Counted from the first letter of the stretch, positions 10,272-20,153 are shown. The stretch is DNA of 56,988 bases from a virus (IMGVR_UViG_3300009788_000017:1-56988); one strand, 5' to 3'. Notes: generated by a model from the sequence alone, not told the origin. Numbers and translations are program-made.

Positions 10272-10508
10272 ATGCCGTATCTAAACGACTACCGGAACAA
10301 TACGGATCACGTCGCCAATCGTGACACGCGAGTCGCCCAAGGTGACTTCCCTGTCAAGGTCCGCACCAGACCCACTCGAGAAGATACACTCTATGGGGAA
10401 GAGTACCTGGAAGGGAGCATCACTGAAGGTGTATCGACTGCGCACAGCATCTACGTAGACGGCCATCAGCCCATGGAGGGCGACAACTATGTCATTCAAC
10501 TCGGATAA
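10272..10508 (+). CDS. Hypothetical protein
   Basis: AAGG RBS; 78 aa. Confidence 0.55.
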   Translation: MPYLNDYRNNTDHVANRDTRVAQGDFPVKVRTRPTREDTLYGEEYLEGSITEGVSTAHSIYVDGHQPMEGDNYVIQLG

Positions 10509-10911
10509 GCCGTACGGGACGATCCATGGACTACTAGCCGAGTGCCCTCAAGCGCGGTATGAGCAAGGCGGGAAGCTGTTCGACAACCGGTTTCGAGAGG
10601 TTAGCCCTGGGGATCTGGTACAGGCGGCACCTGCTCCGGCGCCAGTAGCCCCGGCACCCTCTCCGACTCCATCGCCAGTAGCCCCGGCTCCTACCCCGGC
10701 TCCTACCCCGGCTCCGGCAGCACCTGTCGCCCCCCAAGCCACACAGCATGTACCTGTCCCAGATCCTGAGGCCGATGCGCTTGCAGCTGAAGTCACTGAA
10801 CTCAAGGTCAAGCTGACAGAAGCTGAAGTCAAAGCTAAGGCCAGCCCAACGCCTACCAACCGCGCTGCGGTGACACGCCTGACCAACAAGTTGAAGAAGT
10901 TAGAAGACTAA
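10489..10911 (+). CDS. Hypothetical protein with Pro/Ala-rich linker and C-terminal coiled coil
   Basis: GGAGG RBS; APAPAP repeats. Confidence 0.6.
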   Translation: MSFNSDKPYGTIHGLLAECPQARYEQGGKLFDNRFREVSPGDLVQAAPAPAPVAPAPSPTPSPVAPAPTPAPTPAPAAPVAPQATQHVPVPDPEADALAAEVTELKVKLTEAEVKAKASPTPTNRAAVTRLTNKLKKLED

Positions 10912-10927
10912 TTTACTGAGGTGACCG

Positions 10928-11629
10928 ATGCAGGTACGAACCTTCCTGGATCTCTGCCAGCAGCTAATCTCAGATGCAGGGATTTCAGGCACAATCACGA
11001 ACACCGAAGGCCAGGTAGGCGAGTTGGGCCGTGTAGTTAATTGGGTGTCCCGAGCTACGACTGAAGTCGAAGGGCTGTGGTTTGACTGGGACTTCTTACA
11101 TGAGTTTCACACGTTCCCGACCATCCAGGGCGTACGCGACTACCCACCACCCCCAGACCTGAATCTGTGGGATGATAAGACCTTCTCGATTACAGACTTC
11201 GAGCAAGAGTTGGTACCCACTCCATGGGCAGAGCATAAACGCAGCCCGATAGCCCCTCAAAGCGGTGACCCATTCACCTTCGTCATCCTGCCCGACAACG
11301 GTGTCAGGTTCCTGGATACTCCGACTCGGGTGCTTACGATCGCAGCTCAGTATTTCAGAACGGCGACCGAGCTCATTGCAAACGCTGATACGCCTGCGAT
11401 CCCTGTCCAGTTCAGGGATATCATCGTCTACAAGGCGCTGCAGTACTACGCCAACTACGAAGGTGCAGACGAGTCCAAGCTGGCAGGCCTTGAGCAGTAC
11501 GCTCCACGCCTCAGGCAGTTGGAGTCCAGCGAACTTCCATCGAATCGTGCATCTGGATCGGTCTATACAGGCACTGAGATCCAAGTCATTACGCCTGGAA
11601 TCGACGACTACTCAGGCGAGAACTTCTAA
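10928..11629 (+). CDS. Head-tail adaptor (tail tubular A-like)
   Basis: Size and position; WDFL, G.RDY.PP.D, TPAIPVQFRDIIVYKAL are typical of podovirus adaptors. Confidence 0.7.
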   Translation: MQVRTFLDLCQQLISDAGISGTITNTEGQVGELGRVVNWVSRATTEVEGLWFDWDFLHEFHTFPTIQGVRDYPPPPDLNLWDDKTFSITDFEQELVPTPWAEHKRSPIAPQSGDPFTFVILPDNGVRFLDTPTRVLTIAAQYFRTATELIANADTPAIPVQFRDIIVYKALQYYANYEGADESKLAGLEQYAPRLRQLESSELPSNRASGSVYTGTEIQVITPGIDDYSGENF

Positions 11630-13686
11630 TGGCTAGGCAGACCCAGCCACAGCGAAAGCAGTATGTGATCTTCGGCGGTGGCCTGGACCTAGTCACACCG
11701 CCACTACAGGTAGATCCAGGACGTGTGATCAACGCCAAGAACTTCGAGGCTGACGTCAGCGGTGGATATCGCATGATGCGCGGGTTCGAGAGAGCTGATG
11801 GTCGAGAGTCCCCAACTCGGAGCTCTTGGCACGTGATTACCGTCGTCGACGGATCTACGTTCGTCATCGGAGAGCTAGTACTTGGTGAAGAGTCCGGCGC
11901 CTGCGGCATATTGATCGCGTCCACGACGAACGCACTTTATATGGTCTCTGTCATCGGAGACTTCGTCGCAGGTGAGTCGCTGAAGGCCACGAGCGCAGAG
12001 ACTACATCGACGTCCACAGCGTTCCAGAATGCCACAGTCGACGACGCTGTAACGAGCGCAGCTGTTCGGTTTGCTAAAGAAGAGTACTTCAAGGCATTTA
12101 TCGAGGCCGTACCTGGCACAGGCCCGGTACGTGGGGTGCATCGCCACTTTGACAAGCTCTACGCCATGCGCGATATCGACGGGACCGAGTGCGGCGTCTA
12201 TGAGGCTACAGCAGCCGGCTGGGTCCGTGTGCCGTTCGGAGACATCATGTTCTTCGACACCGGACTCGCAGCGATTACTGCTAATGATACACCTGGCACT
12301 GTGATCAACGATGGGGCCGCCAACACAGCCACTATTGAAGCGGTGGTATATGAGACGATCGCGTCCACAACAGGGTACATAGTCGTATCAGGTTACACGG
12401 CCGGCTTCTCAGCCACTGATCCAATCTTGCAGGGAGCGACACCGCTCGCCACTGTGAGCGAGTCAGCCATACCGTTTGTTCAGAAGCCTGCAGGTCGGTA
12501 CGAGTCGTTCTCGCATAACTTCTTCAGCAGTGCAGCTACATCGCAAGTCCACTCTGTGGACGGAGTGAATCCAGCATTTATAATTGACCCTGATCGGAGC
12601 CACGCCCACCCGGTTTACACAGATCAGACGAATCGATCCACAGATACACCCACGTTCTCAGCACCTTACAAGAGCCACTGGTTCGTCGGGTACGCTCGAG
12701 GCCTGCTCCGAAACAGTGAGCCGAACAACCCAGAGTTGTGGGATGCCGCAAGCGGTTCACTGGAGATCGCAGTAGGCGCGGCTGTGACAGGGTTCGACAC
12801 AACCCCTAGCTCTCTTACAGTCGCCACACGTCGGATAACGTACGTCCTGACCGGCACCACGATCGACGACTTTCTATTCGATGTCTCTAGCGCCAAGACC
12901 GGGGGAGCGCCGTACACGCTGCAGCACATCGGAACTACATACATGCTCGACGATCGAGGCGTGATCGAATTGAGTCGTGTACTGGCGTTCGGTAACTTCG
13001 AGAACGCCACAGTATCTCGCAAGATCACACCACTGCTGAATCGGCTGCGATCATCAATCGTAGCGTCGACAGTGTCCAGGGCGAACAATGTCTACCGTCT
13101 AATCACCAGCGACGGACGTGGGCTATCGATGACCCTCCAAGAGGAGGGCATCATTGGGTTCACTGAGTTCGACGTTCAGCGCGGAGTTAGCTGTGCATCG
13201 AACCAAGAGGATGAGGCAGGTGAAGAGCGGAGTTACTTCGGAAGTACAGACGGATTCGTCTATGAGTGGGACCTTGGCCAGTCGTATGATGGCGATGCTA
13301 TCGAGCGGTGGCTCCAGCCTGTAAACCACTTCCTTGAATCTCCAACCACCCTCAAAAGGTTCTACCGTGCATTCATTGACACAGTGCTGGATGGACGAGC
13401 AACAATTCAGATCTACGCCGAGCTGGCCTCAGGCGCGGCCTCAAAACAGCCGATCCTGACCCAGACCAAATCACTCGCAGGGTTGGAGTCAGGGTGGGAC
13501 GTAGGGCTGTGGGATGAGGCTATATTCGACGCCAACATCACCACTGGTGCAGAGATCGACCTGACCGGCAGTGGTGACTCGATAAGCCTGATCTTCTACA
13601 ATACCTCAGCGACCGACGATCCTGTAACCTTAAAGGACGTAGTCTACCACTACAAGCCACGACGGATGATCAGGGGATCACGATGA
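11629..13686 (+). CDS. Tail nozzle / DNA stabilisation protein (tail tubular B-like)
   Basis: N-terminal FGGGL, beta-rich 685 aa, WDVGLWD near the C-terminus; follows adaptor. Confidence 0.7.
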   Translation: MARQTQPQRKQYVIFGGGLDLVTPPLQVDPGRVINAKNFEADVSGGYRMMRGFERADGRESPTRSSWHVITVVDGSTFVIGELVLGEESGACGILIASTTNALYMVSVIGDFVAGESLKATSAETTSTSTAFQNATVDDAVTSAAVRFAKEEYFKAFIEAVPGTGPVRGVHRHFDKLYAMRDIDGTECGVYEATAAGWVRVPFGDIMFFDTGLAAITANDTPGTVINDGAANTATIEAVVYETIASTTGYIVVSGYTAGFSATDPILQGATPLATVSESAIPFVQKPAGRYESFSHNFFSSAATSQVHSVDGVNPAFIIDPDRSHAHPVYTDQTNRSTDTPTFSAPYKSHWFVGYARGLLRNSEPNNPELWDAASGSLEIAVGAAVTGFDTTPSSLTVATRRITYVLTGTTIDDFLFDVSSAKTGGAPYTLQHIGTTYMLDDRGVIELSRVLAFGNFENATVSRKITPLLNRLRSSIVASTVSRANNVYRLITSDGRGLSMTLQEEGIIGFTEFDVQRGVSCASNQEDEAGEERSYFGSTDGFVYEWDLGQSYDGDAIERWLQPVNHFLESPTTLKRFYRAFIDTVLDGRATIQIYAELASGAASKQPILTQTKSLAGLESGWDVGLWDEAIFDANITTGAEIDLTGSGDSISLIFYNTSATDDPVTLKDVVYHYKPRRMIRGSR

Positions 13687-15881
13687 GTAATGATTTTTAC
13701 AGCAAGCCTGCATCACCTGCACTGCCTCTGGCCACGGTTCGATCCGCGCAGTTCAACACTAATAACGAGGCCGTGGAGGCAGGGTTCGACAAGCTGCCGA
13801 CAGAAGATGACGTAAAGCGAATTCAATACGGCACAGATGGAAGCGCGACAGCGGCACTTTATGAAGTGACAGTCCCGTACCTAGTAGGTGGTACATACCG
13901 AGAAGGCCTGGAGGTGACATTCAAGGCCATCTTCGAGAATACAGGCCCAGCTAACATCTCAGTCAACGGCGGTACAAACGAGCCGATCATCGATGGCACT
14001 GGAGCAGCGCTCGTTGCAGGAAGTATTAAAGCAGGTCAGACGATCTCGCTGATCCGAGAGCCAGGAGCGGCAGGCACAGGGTTTCAACTATTATCGACAG
14101 TACTGCTGCAATCGGATGTCGCGGCAGCTGTTGCGGCGGCGGCAGCGTCAGAAGCATCCGCGACTGACTCCGCTAATTCAGCGACTGACTCCGCTAATTC
14201 CGCAGCCAGCATTAGCGATCCTCGGTTCGATAACAGGTACTCCCCTAAATTCGCCACAGTAGCAGCAATGGTATCAGCAACTCCTGTTGCACTTGATGGG
14301 GTTTCTGTCACTCCAGTTGTCGGCATGGTCGTCGCTATTGACGACTACGCCACAGGCAATAGATCGGGATTAATGTTTGGTCGAATAGTAGCGGCTGCGA
14401 CAGGAACAGTTGACGGCGGTTCATACATTGATTTGGCTAGTGGGCTGCAGTTTGAGCAGAACTTCCCTCGTCTGATAACTGCTAAGTTATTTGGTGCAAC
14501 AGGACTAGGTGTGGCTGATGAGACTACTAAGCTTCAAGCGTTTTCTGACTTCTTTTTAGACATATCAGGCAGAGATGTTAGATATCGCGCCTTGATCGAT
14601 CCCGGTACATACAAATTTACAAGCTTGACTATCGACGATGCAGGTACAGAGACCGGAGGTACAAACGGCAGGTCTGTTATCTCTGGGGCTGGCAGGATCA
14701 ATACTCAACTGGTATGCACTTCAGCTACAGCGGACGCTATTACGTTGACTGCGGGAAGAATCGATCTATCTGAGTTCACTTTAACATCTGACGGAGTTAA
14801 CCGGGCCAAGGCTATTGGTGCAGGTAACGGGCTTGTTATCGATAAGAATGCTGGCGCTCCAGATACTGTAACTATTGCCAAGTTCTCACTTACAAACATT
14901 CAGATTCTGGAGCAGCCTGGCCATGGTTTCCAAGGCATTAATCCAGAGCTTATGCACCTCAAAGGTGTAACTTCTGAAAGTAACGGCGGCGATGGGTTCT
15001 TCCTTGACGGTGCCAATGGAGGTTCGCCGTTAGGTATCGGCAATCTATTGGAGAATACACGCGCCAGGTTAAATACTGGGCGAGGGTATACTATTGATGG
15101 TGTCGATTACACAACCCTAATAAATCCTCAAGCCTTAAACAATGATGCCTCTTCAGAGATCTGGAGTAGTGGCAAAGGCACAATCATTATCAACCCCGAT
15201 GTGGAGTCTGATACTGCAGCGTCACATGCCGTTGGTATCACACTAAGTGGGCTTAGGAGCAAGGTCCTCGGCGGTCTAGTGTTTGGCACCACGATTGGTA
15301 TAGACCTGAATGGTGACGGGGAATCGGTAGACGGAACACACTTCACTAACTTTAGCCTCGCCTACGATATGACTCAGGCGGTTGATACAACTGGTGCGAC
15401 GAACTATAACGTTGACATAGCAGACGCTGACGCTGCGCTCAAAGTATTGAAAGGTGTACAGCCACTATCTCCACATGATGGCGGTGTCCAGATCATAGGG
15501 CCATACCATGAAACCGCAACCAGCGTTGGCCAGGTCAAAGAGTTCACAGTAACTTCAGACGCAGCTTTTCCACTGGGAGACGACGGAGAAGCAGGTGGGG
15601 GTCTTGTAAAGGTTTCTGCGTACTATATAACCCTCACGTCAGGGGCGACTATTCAGCCGCCACTGATCACTAGGGAAGGCCAGGAGTTTGATATTATCTT
15701 CAAACAGGATGCCACAGGAGGCCGGGCTGTATCCTTTTCAGGAGCTAATTGGAGAAGTAGTTTCTCGAATACCGGCAACACAGCTAATACTACGTCAACC
15801 GTTAGATTCCGTCGTCACTTTGACAGCTCAGATTCTTCAACCAGGTACATCCAAATTGGTGCACAAATGCCCTGGGTGTGA
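13683..15881 (+). CDS. Tail fibre/tailspike with pectate-lyase-like beta-helix
   Basis: N-terminal anchor, Ala/Ser linker, FGATGLGVADETTKLQA helix-cap motif, Gly/Asn-rich beta-helix repeats, C-terminal IIFKQDATGGRAV domain. Confidence 0.8.
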   Translation: MSNDFYSKPASPALPLATVRSAQFNTNNEAVEAGFDKLPTEDDVKRIQYGTDGSATAALYEVTVPYLVGGTYREGLEVTFKAIFENTGPANISVNGGTNEPIIDGTGAALVAGSIKAGQTISLIREPGAAGTGFQLLSTVLLQSDVAAAVAAAAASEASATDSANSATDSANSAASISDPRFDNRYSPKFATVAAMVSATPVALDGVSVTPVVGMVVAIDDYATGNRSGLMFGRIVAAATGTVDGGSYIDLASGLQFEQNFPRLITAKLFGATGLGVADETTKLQAFSDFFLDISGRDVRYRALIDPGTYKFTSLTIDDAGTETGGTNGRSVISGAGRINTQLVCTSATADAITLTAGRIDLSEFTLTSDGVNRAKAIGAGNGLVIDKNAGAPDTVTIAKFSLTNIQILEQPGHGFQGINPELMHLKGVTSESNGGDGFFLDGANGGSPLGIGNLLENTRARLNTGRGYTIDGVDYTTLINPQALNNDASSEIWSSGKGTIIINPDVESDTAASHAVGITLSGLRSKVLGGLVFGTTIGIDLNGDGESVDGTHFTNFSLAYDMTQAVDTTGATNYNVDIADADAALKVLKGVQPLSPHDGGVQIIGPYHETATSVGQVKEFTVTSDAAFPLGDDGEAGGGLVKVSAYYITLTSGATIQPPLITREGQEFDIIFKQDATGGRAVSFSGANWRSSFSNTGNTANTTSTVRFRRHFDSSDSSTRYIQIGAQMPWV

Positions 15882-15896
15882 CAATAGGTGATAGCT

Positions 15897-16079
15897 ATGA
15901 GTAAAGAAACAGCAGAAGCAACAGCAGAAGCAACAGCAGAAGCAACAGCAGAAGCAACAGCAGAAGCAACAGCAGAAGCAACAGCAGAAGCAACAGCAGA
16001 AGGTAACGTAAAATACTCTGACGCTACCCTTGAAGCACTAGAGCGATTGGGTCACCCTCACCCTGACTACCAAGGATAG
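15897..16079 (+). CDS. Small protein with (TAEA)n repeat
   Basis: AGGTG RBS upstream; lies between tailspike and lysis genes. Confidence 0.45.
   Translation: MSKETAEATAEATAEATAEATAEATAEATAEATAEGNVKYSDATLEALERLGHPHPDYQG
15909..16002. repeat. Perfect 12-bp tandem repeat (acagcagaagca) x ~7.8
   Basis: Read directly. Confidence 0.95.
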
Positions 16080-16088
16080 TGTGAAGTA

Positions 16089-16550
16089 ATGATTATCACA
16101 GTCAGACGGATGCTGTCGACCGCCGACGCAACGCTATCAGAAGTACTGGTCGACGGTGTGCGCCAATGCTTCGGACTCGAGGATGAGTACCGCGATCAGA
16201 AGATCGCCGGCGAAACTCGCATCCCTGCAGGGGCTTACAAAATCGGCATCAGAGCTGAGGGCGGCTTCCACAACCGCTACTGTGAGAGGTTCGCAGGCTT
16301 CCACCAAGGCATGCTGCAAGTACTAGATGTGCCGGGGTTCGAGTTCATCCTGATCCACGTAGGCAACACTGACGAGGACACTGCTGGGTGCCTGCTGGTA
16401 GGGCAGAGCTGCACTGCGGCCAATGGCACGGCCATAGTCGGGTCATCGGCGGCTGCGTACCGAGAGCTGTACCAGAAGGTCATAGCTGCTGCGATCGCAG
16501 AAGACCTGGTGATCCACTACATAGACGGAGACCGACATGCCGACGATTAA
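16089..16550 (+). CDS. DUF5675-family protein, putative endolysin (YkuD/L,D-peptidase-like)
   Basis: TRIPAGAY, ILIHVGNTDEDTAGCLLVG; next to holin-like genes. Confidence 0.75.
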   Translation: MIITVRRMLSTADATLSEVLVDGVRQCFGLEDEYRDQKIAGETRIPAGAYKIGIRAEGGFHNRYCERFAGFHQGMLQVLDVPGFEFILIHVGNTDEDTAGCLLVGQSCTAANGTAIVGSSAAAYRELYQKVIAAAIAEDLVIHYIDGDRHADD

Positions 16551-16826
16551 GTGGCTCCGAGACAACTGGTTCTTGCTGGCGTTCGTGTTCGCTTCTGGCA
16601 GCGCCTACGCCTGGCAAGAAGTACAGCGCCAAGAGTTGTCCAAGGTGGTCGTAGAGCAGCATCAGATACTTAAGGACCAACGCCGCGTCGGTGAAGCCGT
16701 GATCAGGCTACAGGCGCAGCAGGGCGCTATGGCAGTCACTCAGGGCGACATCAAAAAGAAGTTGGATCTGCTAATCGAGCTGCAGTTAAAGAGGACTAGG
16801 TGATCCACTACGTAGACGGAGACCGA
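16508..16826. repeat. 28-bp direct repeat pair (16508-16535, 16799-16826) flanking one gene
   Basis: ggtgatccactacRtagacggagaccga, one mismatch. Confidence 0.85.
16537..16803 (+). CDS. Membrane-anchored coiled-coil protein (lysis region)
   Basis: N-terminal hydrophobic helix plus heptad region. Confidence 0.6.
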   Translation: MPTIKWLRDNWFLLAFVFASGSAYAWQEVQRQELSKVVVEQHQILKDQRRVGEAVIRLQAQQGAMAVTQGDIKKKLDLLIELQLKRTR

Positions 16827-16830
16827 TGAC

Positions 16831-17199
16831 ATGTTTGGGATACTAGGTAAAGTTTTTAGTGGCTCCGGCGTCGTCGGGTCAATCGAGCGCATTGCGAGCG
16901 AGTTCATTGAAACAGATATGGAGTCGGCCGAGGCTAAGTCTCTAATGATCAAGACGCTCGACCCGAATGGTTTGATGCGTCGGAATCTATCCCAATTCGC
17001 CTGCTGGGCGTATGGGTTTTATCTCGTGGTGACTTCCGTCCTCGTCCTGGTTCACGCATTTGGCATCGGCGAGGCAGCTCAATCCAAAGAAGCCATCGAC
17101 GCGATGACTGAACTGTTCCTCCCCATCACCGCATCTTGGGGTGCAATCGTCTCGGCGTCCTTCGGTGTGAATGCAACGAACTCGATCAAAGGTAAGTAA
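16831..17199 (+). CDS. Holin-like protein (3TM/GTA-holin-like)
   Basis: MFGILGKVF amphipathic start, two hydrophobic segments, FG near the C-terminus. Confidence 0.6.
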   Translation: MFGILGKVFSGSGVVGSIERIASEFIETDMESAEAKSLMIKTLDPNGLMRRNLSQFACWAYGFYLVVTSVLVLVHAFGIGEAAQSKEAIDAMTELFLPITASWGAIVSASFGVNATNSIKGK

Positions 17200-17207
17200 G
17201 GACACCC

Positions 17208-17537
17208 ATGGCATTGCTAGATTACATCATCATCTGCATGCAGCTGGTGATCATCTACCGCCTTGGTACGTCCCCGATCTGGCGGACTGACCGACACGCT
17301 GTAGAGTGCCTAAAGGTAATCTATTTCAGCATTGGCGCAGTCGCTGTGATGACGATCTGCGCCGTCATCGCCGTAGGTGTGCTAGAACTTCTCAGAGGGA
17401 CTCCCAAGCACGTGTACTTAGGAGCTCTCGCCATATTAACGCTGCACTCTCTGATCGCGTACCATGTAGTCTATACCATTGATACAAGTCGTATAATAAG
17501 GAGATTACATGCCACTCGGCGACCCGGAGGTATATAG
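17208..17537 (+). CDS. Membrane protein (3 TM)
   Basis: Three hydrophobic segments and basic C-tail. Confidence 0.55.
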   Translation: MALLDYIIICMQLVIIYRLGTSPIWRTDRHAVECLKVIYFSIGAVAVMTICAVIAVGVLELLRGTPKHVYLGALAILTLHSLIAYHVVYTIDTSRIIRRLHATRRPGGI

Positions 17538-17805
17538 GCACTTCGCAGGGATGGCGATCTCCGGGCTCTTAGGGATTATCGGAGGGATCGCTACTTTCTT
17601 CTACGAGGTCGACAACGGCAAACGGCGATTCACATGGTTCGGGATGTTGTCGATGTCCATCGTGGCATGCGTGATGGGGATGATAGCCGGAGAGTTCGTA
17701 CCTGATGGTGAGAACTACTACGGAGTGACGCTGGCGGTAGGTCTGAACGCCTACCCATTTTTTGGGTTCGTACAGAGGAAGTTCAGAAAGCGCATCGACA
17801 AGTGA
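17509..17805 (+). CDS. Holin-like membrane protein
   Basis: Three Gly-rich TM segments and highly basic C-terminus; AGGAG RBS. Confidence 0.55.
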   Translation: MPLGDPEVYRHFAGMAISGLLGIIGGIATFFYEVDNGKRRFTWFGMLSMSIVACVMGMIAGEFVPDGENYYGVTLAVGLNAYPFFGFVQRKFRKRIDK

Positions 17806-17873
17806 CCCAACTGGCGCACCGATCAGCCTGCTGGTACACTTCGAGGATACATTAAAGCCAGAGGAGCGGATCA

Positions 17874-19037
17874 GTGGCACTCCCTACTGAGACTGACATC
17901 ACGACTACATCACCCACTCCGCTCCGTATGGAGGCGGTAGCCCCGGGGCCGCCCGTAGCTACGCAGCAGATCGAACCGCCGGTTGCAGCCGCACCGCAGC
18001 CAGGTGACCAGATCCCTCCTGCAGAGCAAGCACCTGCACCTCAGCCTGACGTCACTCCTCCCGCAGCGCCGGCAGAGCTAAGCCCCTACGAGCCTACGCC
18101 TGAGTCACTTCCTAGAATTCAGAAAGGCCTAGTGTCTATGCTGTCGGAGGAGAATGAGCTCCGTGAGCTTGCTGCAGCTAAAGGCATGCGCATCGGCAGC
18201 CGACGCGGCCTAGGAGCTTCGTCGTTCGCAGCGCGAGCAGGGGTCGGAGCAGAGCTGGATTATGTCACTCCGATCGTAACCCAGGCTGAGCAGTTCGACG
18301 TTCAGAAGGAGCTACAGGCACAGGCGCACCTTGCCAATAAGTACCAGCAGGATGCGGACATTGAGTTCCAACGCTGGGCTAAAGAGGCAGACCTGAGCCA
18401 CCTGCAACTGCTGGAGGGCAACCGAAGCGCAGCAACCGCCGGGCAGAATTACTCGAGTCAGTTGGCCAACATCTATGCCGACCCTGCTACGACGACCCTG
18501 CAGAAGCAGGAGGCAGCTCGGCTACTGTCTAACACATTCACACAGAACCTGGAGTTGATAGAAGCAACATCGAAGATCGATCTCTCCAAGTTCCTTCCAG
18601 ACTTCGTAGCGCAGCAGACAGAGCGACAGCAGAGGCAATCGGACCCGCTACAGGCGGAGTTAGACGATACAATCACGTCAGCAGGGTGGGCAGTGAGCGC
18701 TCCAGGCACCGGCGACTTTGACGTTGGCGGTTACGGCGTAACTGACACTACAGGCACTGGCCGCTCGCTCGCTGATCTTGGCGCTGCAGTAGGCCCAGCA
18801 CTGTCGAAATACGCAGGAACATTCACAGCGGGTTCAATGCTCGGAGGTCCAGCAGTCGGCGCAGTGGCCGTCGCTGCTCGCGCAGCGTACGACGCATACA
18901 CCGGAGGCTCCGGATCGACCGCCGGCGGACCAGACATCTCGAGAGGGTACGGCGAAGGACCCAGTGGCGGCGATGGCGGAGTGGGAGGCCCTGGGGAAGC
19001 TGGCGGCGTAGGTATGGGCGGAGGCATTGGCTTGTGA
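17874..19037 (+). CDS. Putative internal virion/ejection protein
   Basis: GAGGAG RBS; Pro-rich N-terminus, RRGLGASS motif, Gly-rich C-terminus. Confidence 0.55.
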   Translation: MALPTETDITTTSPTPLRMEAVAPGPPVATQQIEPPVAAAPQPGDQIPPAEQAPAPQPDVTPPAAPAELSPYEPTPESLPRIQKGLVSMLSEENELRELAAAKGMRIGSRRGLGASSFAARAGVGAELDYVTPIVTQAEQFDVQKELQAQAHLANKYQQDADIEFQRWAKEADLSHLQLLEGNRSAATAGQNYSSQLANIYADPATTTLQKQEAARLLSNTFTQNLELIEATSKIDLSKFLPDFVAQQTERQQRQSDPLQAELDDTITSAGWAVSAPGTGDFDVGGYGVTDTTGTGRSLADLGAAVGPALSKYAGTFTAGSMLGGPAVGAVAVAARAAYDAYTGGSGSTAGGPDISRGYGEGPSGGDGGVGGPGEAGGVGMGGGIGL

Positions 19038-19444
19038 CACCCACTGACAAAGTAGTCACATGGGTTGCAGATAACATGCCATGGCTCGTAGCATCCAAGG
19101 AGCGAGCAGCTCAGCTGGTTAGAGAGTGTCAGTCATCCGCAACCGGGTACATGGCTGAAACTGAGACCGGGATCATCATGGCGTTCGACCGACCCACGCT
19201 ATGGGCTGAGAAGCGCAATACTCAGATCGTAGCCCTCTCCGCCGCAACAATTGCAGACGCTGAGGACTTGATCGAAGGACTCATGGCGTGGCAGGAGAAG
19301 CGACGTGGCAGCTTGCTGGTGTGCTACACCGCACCGTTCTACTCCCTGGCTGAGGACGCGCTGCTTAACGCCGGATTCTCACAGCAAGGCACGATGCTCG
19401 TAAAGCGTCGCTACGATGAAGATGAATACAGAGAGGCAGGCTAA
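19034..19444 (+). CDS. GNAT-fold-like protein in the ejection-protein block
   Basis: Size, GIIMAF...LW, LLNAGF near the C-terminus; position like the T7 gp13-type genes. Confidence 0.45.
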   Translation: MTPTDKVVTWVADNMPWLVASKERAAQLVRECQSSATGYMAETETGIIMAFDRPTLWAEKRNTQIVALSAATIADAEDLIEGLMAWQEKRRGSLLVCYTAPFYSLAEDALLNAGFSQQGTMLVKRRYDEDEYREAG

Positions 19445-20151
19445 TGGGACTCCTAAGCAAGATCGTCAAAGGTGCAAAGAATCTCTTCAAAGGTGCAGCG
19501 AAGGTATTCAAGCGAGCAGTCAAAGAGGTCAAGCGGTTCGTGACCTCGGACTTAGGCAAGGCACTCGTAGCATCAGCTGCCATTTTTTATGGGGGTCAGG
19601 CGCTTGGGGCGTGGGGCACGGGCACGACGGTTGCGGCTCCAGGTGCAATCCCAGGAGTCGGGGCAGGTACGGCAGCCGCAGCCCCTGCGACTACTGCGGT
19701 ACCATTCGAGCTAGGTGGTGAAGGGCTTGCCGCAGCTACACCGGCAGCACCATTCGAGCTAGGTGGTGAAGGGCTTGCCGCAGCTGCACCGGCAGCAACT
19801 CAAGCGGTTGCGGCTCAGGCACCAGGAGCGTTGGAGTCCATCCAAGGTGCAGCGACCGGGGTTATAGATAAAGTCAGCGCCGGAGCCAAGGCCTATGAGG
19901 CTTGGGCTAAGGCCAACCCGCTAACATCCAAGGTCGTAGGGAAGGCACTGGCGTCCTTAACCGCCACCCCTAAGACGAACGAAGCGCTTGAACTTGCGAA
20001 GTGGCAACGGGCCAACAGGAATGTAGCAGGCGTAGACGTCGGAGGCGCAGGGGCTGGATCATTGAGCTTGCCACAGCTCCAGCGAACTACACGCTACGTC
20101 GATCCGCAGCAGAGAGGCGGGCTAGTGTCACGCCTTAACAGGAGCACCTAA
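19444..20151 (+). CDS. Putative ejected (DNA pilot-like) protein
   Basis: Amphipathic basic N-terminus (MGLLSKIVKGAKNLFKG), Ala/Gly-rich. Confidence 0.55.
   Translation: MGLLSKIVKGAKNLFKGAAKVFKRAVKEVKRFVTSDLGKALVASAAIFYGGQALGAWGTGTTVAAPGAIPGVGAGTAAAAPATTAVPFELGGEGLAAATPAAPFELGGEGLAAAAPAATQAVAAQAPGALESIQGAATGVIDKVSAGAKAYEAWAKANPLTSKVVGKALASLTATPKTNEALELAKWQRANRNVAGVDVGGAGAGSLSLPQLQRTTRYVDPQQRGGLVSRLNRST
19701..19796. repeat. 48-bp tandem duplication (PFELGGEGLAAA.PAA x2)
   Basis: accattcgagctaggtggtgaagggcttgccgcagctRcaccggcagc twice. Confidence 0.9.
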
Positions 20152-20153
20152 CG

